A stretch of 64,000 bases of DNA from Octopus sinensis (Eukaryota), in NCBI RefSeq assembly GCF_006345805.1, contig NC_043010.1, positions 7,874,001 to 7,938,000 on the forward strand, in the 5' to 3' direction. A program made the position numbers and the translations under genes. The notes below the pieces were generated by a model that ran no database searches, was not told the origin of the DNA, and saw only the letters and a program-made list of their open reading frames with translations. Positions 63,406 through 64,000 of this stretch are shown in pieces; positions within the stretch are counted from its first letter, which is position 1; each line of letters opens with the position of its first letter.

Positions 63406-64000
63406 GAGCTGATTTCTGGAATAAATTAGCGGATGATGTAAAGTTGGTAATTAATGTTGAAATTACATAACACCCAGCAGAGTATATGAATTAATTAATA
63501 CTTTATAAGAATATATTTCCAGCCTTTTACACTAATTGTCTCATACACTAATTGCTTCATCTATTAATTCCCAAATCTACACCAGCGGATGAATTTTTTT
63601 TTGTCCTAGTATTGAAAACATGCACTCACATGCACATGCACTCACATGCACAAAATGCATGCAACACTCATCCACACGAGTACATACAATTGTGCACATC
63701 TACATATGCAGATACACACACACTTGTGCATACACAAATACACATGTCCACATCCACATACAATACACAAGAACACAGACACACACATACACATACACTC
63801 ATACACATGCCTTGTAATGATCCTTTATAAAAATCTAACAATGAGACTGAATTCCCTCCAGATTTTTTGCTAAGCTTTCATATCCACACAACACCCTTAC
63901 ATCGCACTCCTCTGTATATATGCAATCAAATCACTTATGCCGTGTACAATTATAACAAAGAAACACATAAAAGACAACATACTAAAAATCATTGGTGACA

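Noticed and set aside
62639-63429. MYVC-repeat ORFs of 200-300 aa (also 43800-44734, 38900-39385, 35750-36408)
   Set aside because: Translations of (TATG)n/(CA)n repeats, not Cys- or His-rich proteins.

Overview
Eukaryotic, strongly AT-rich, microsatellite-dense DNA with one 100-N assembly gap (11710-11809). The repeat content (tRNA-headed SINEs resembling, from memory, the octopus OR/OK SINEs; RTE and CR1/L2 LINE remnants; mariner, piggyBac-type and Helitron non-autonomous elements) points to an octopod cephalopod genome. This is inference, not a database match. I found no protein-coding host gene I can support, so the window reads as intergenic or deep intronic. Nearly all listed ORFs are translations of (TA)n/(CA)n/(TATG)n/(GAT)n/(GGT)n repeats or SINE bodies; the only recognisable protein sequence is broken LINE ORF2 and mariner transposase. 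The most interesting signal is RNA structure. At least nine Penelope-like-element (PLE)-type termini carry minimal type I hammerhead ribozyme motifs (CUGANGA...GAAA, short self-complementary stem III, NUH site), in about five sequence families and mostly next to (TA)n tracts. Three copies have a fully intact core: 17612-17665 (+), 25867-25927 (+) and 25667-25726 (-). The last two belong to a -/+/- cluster of three. Other notable structures: a tandem cassette with near-identical ends around unrelated fillers (36540-37225), SINE multimers with one recurring junction, head/tail-swapped SINE families with their probable partner LINE in the window, and a piggyBac-type MITE palindrome. Repeat boundaries were read by eye and may be off by some bases.
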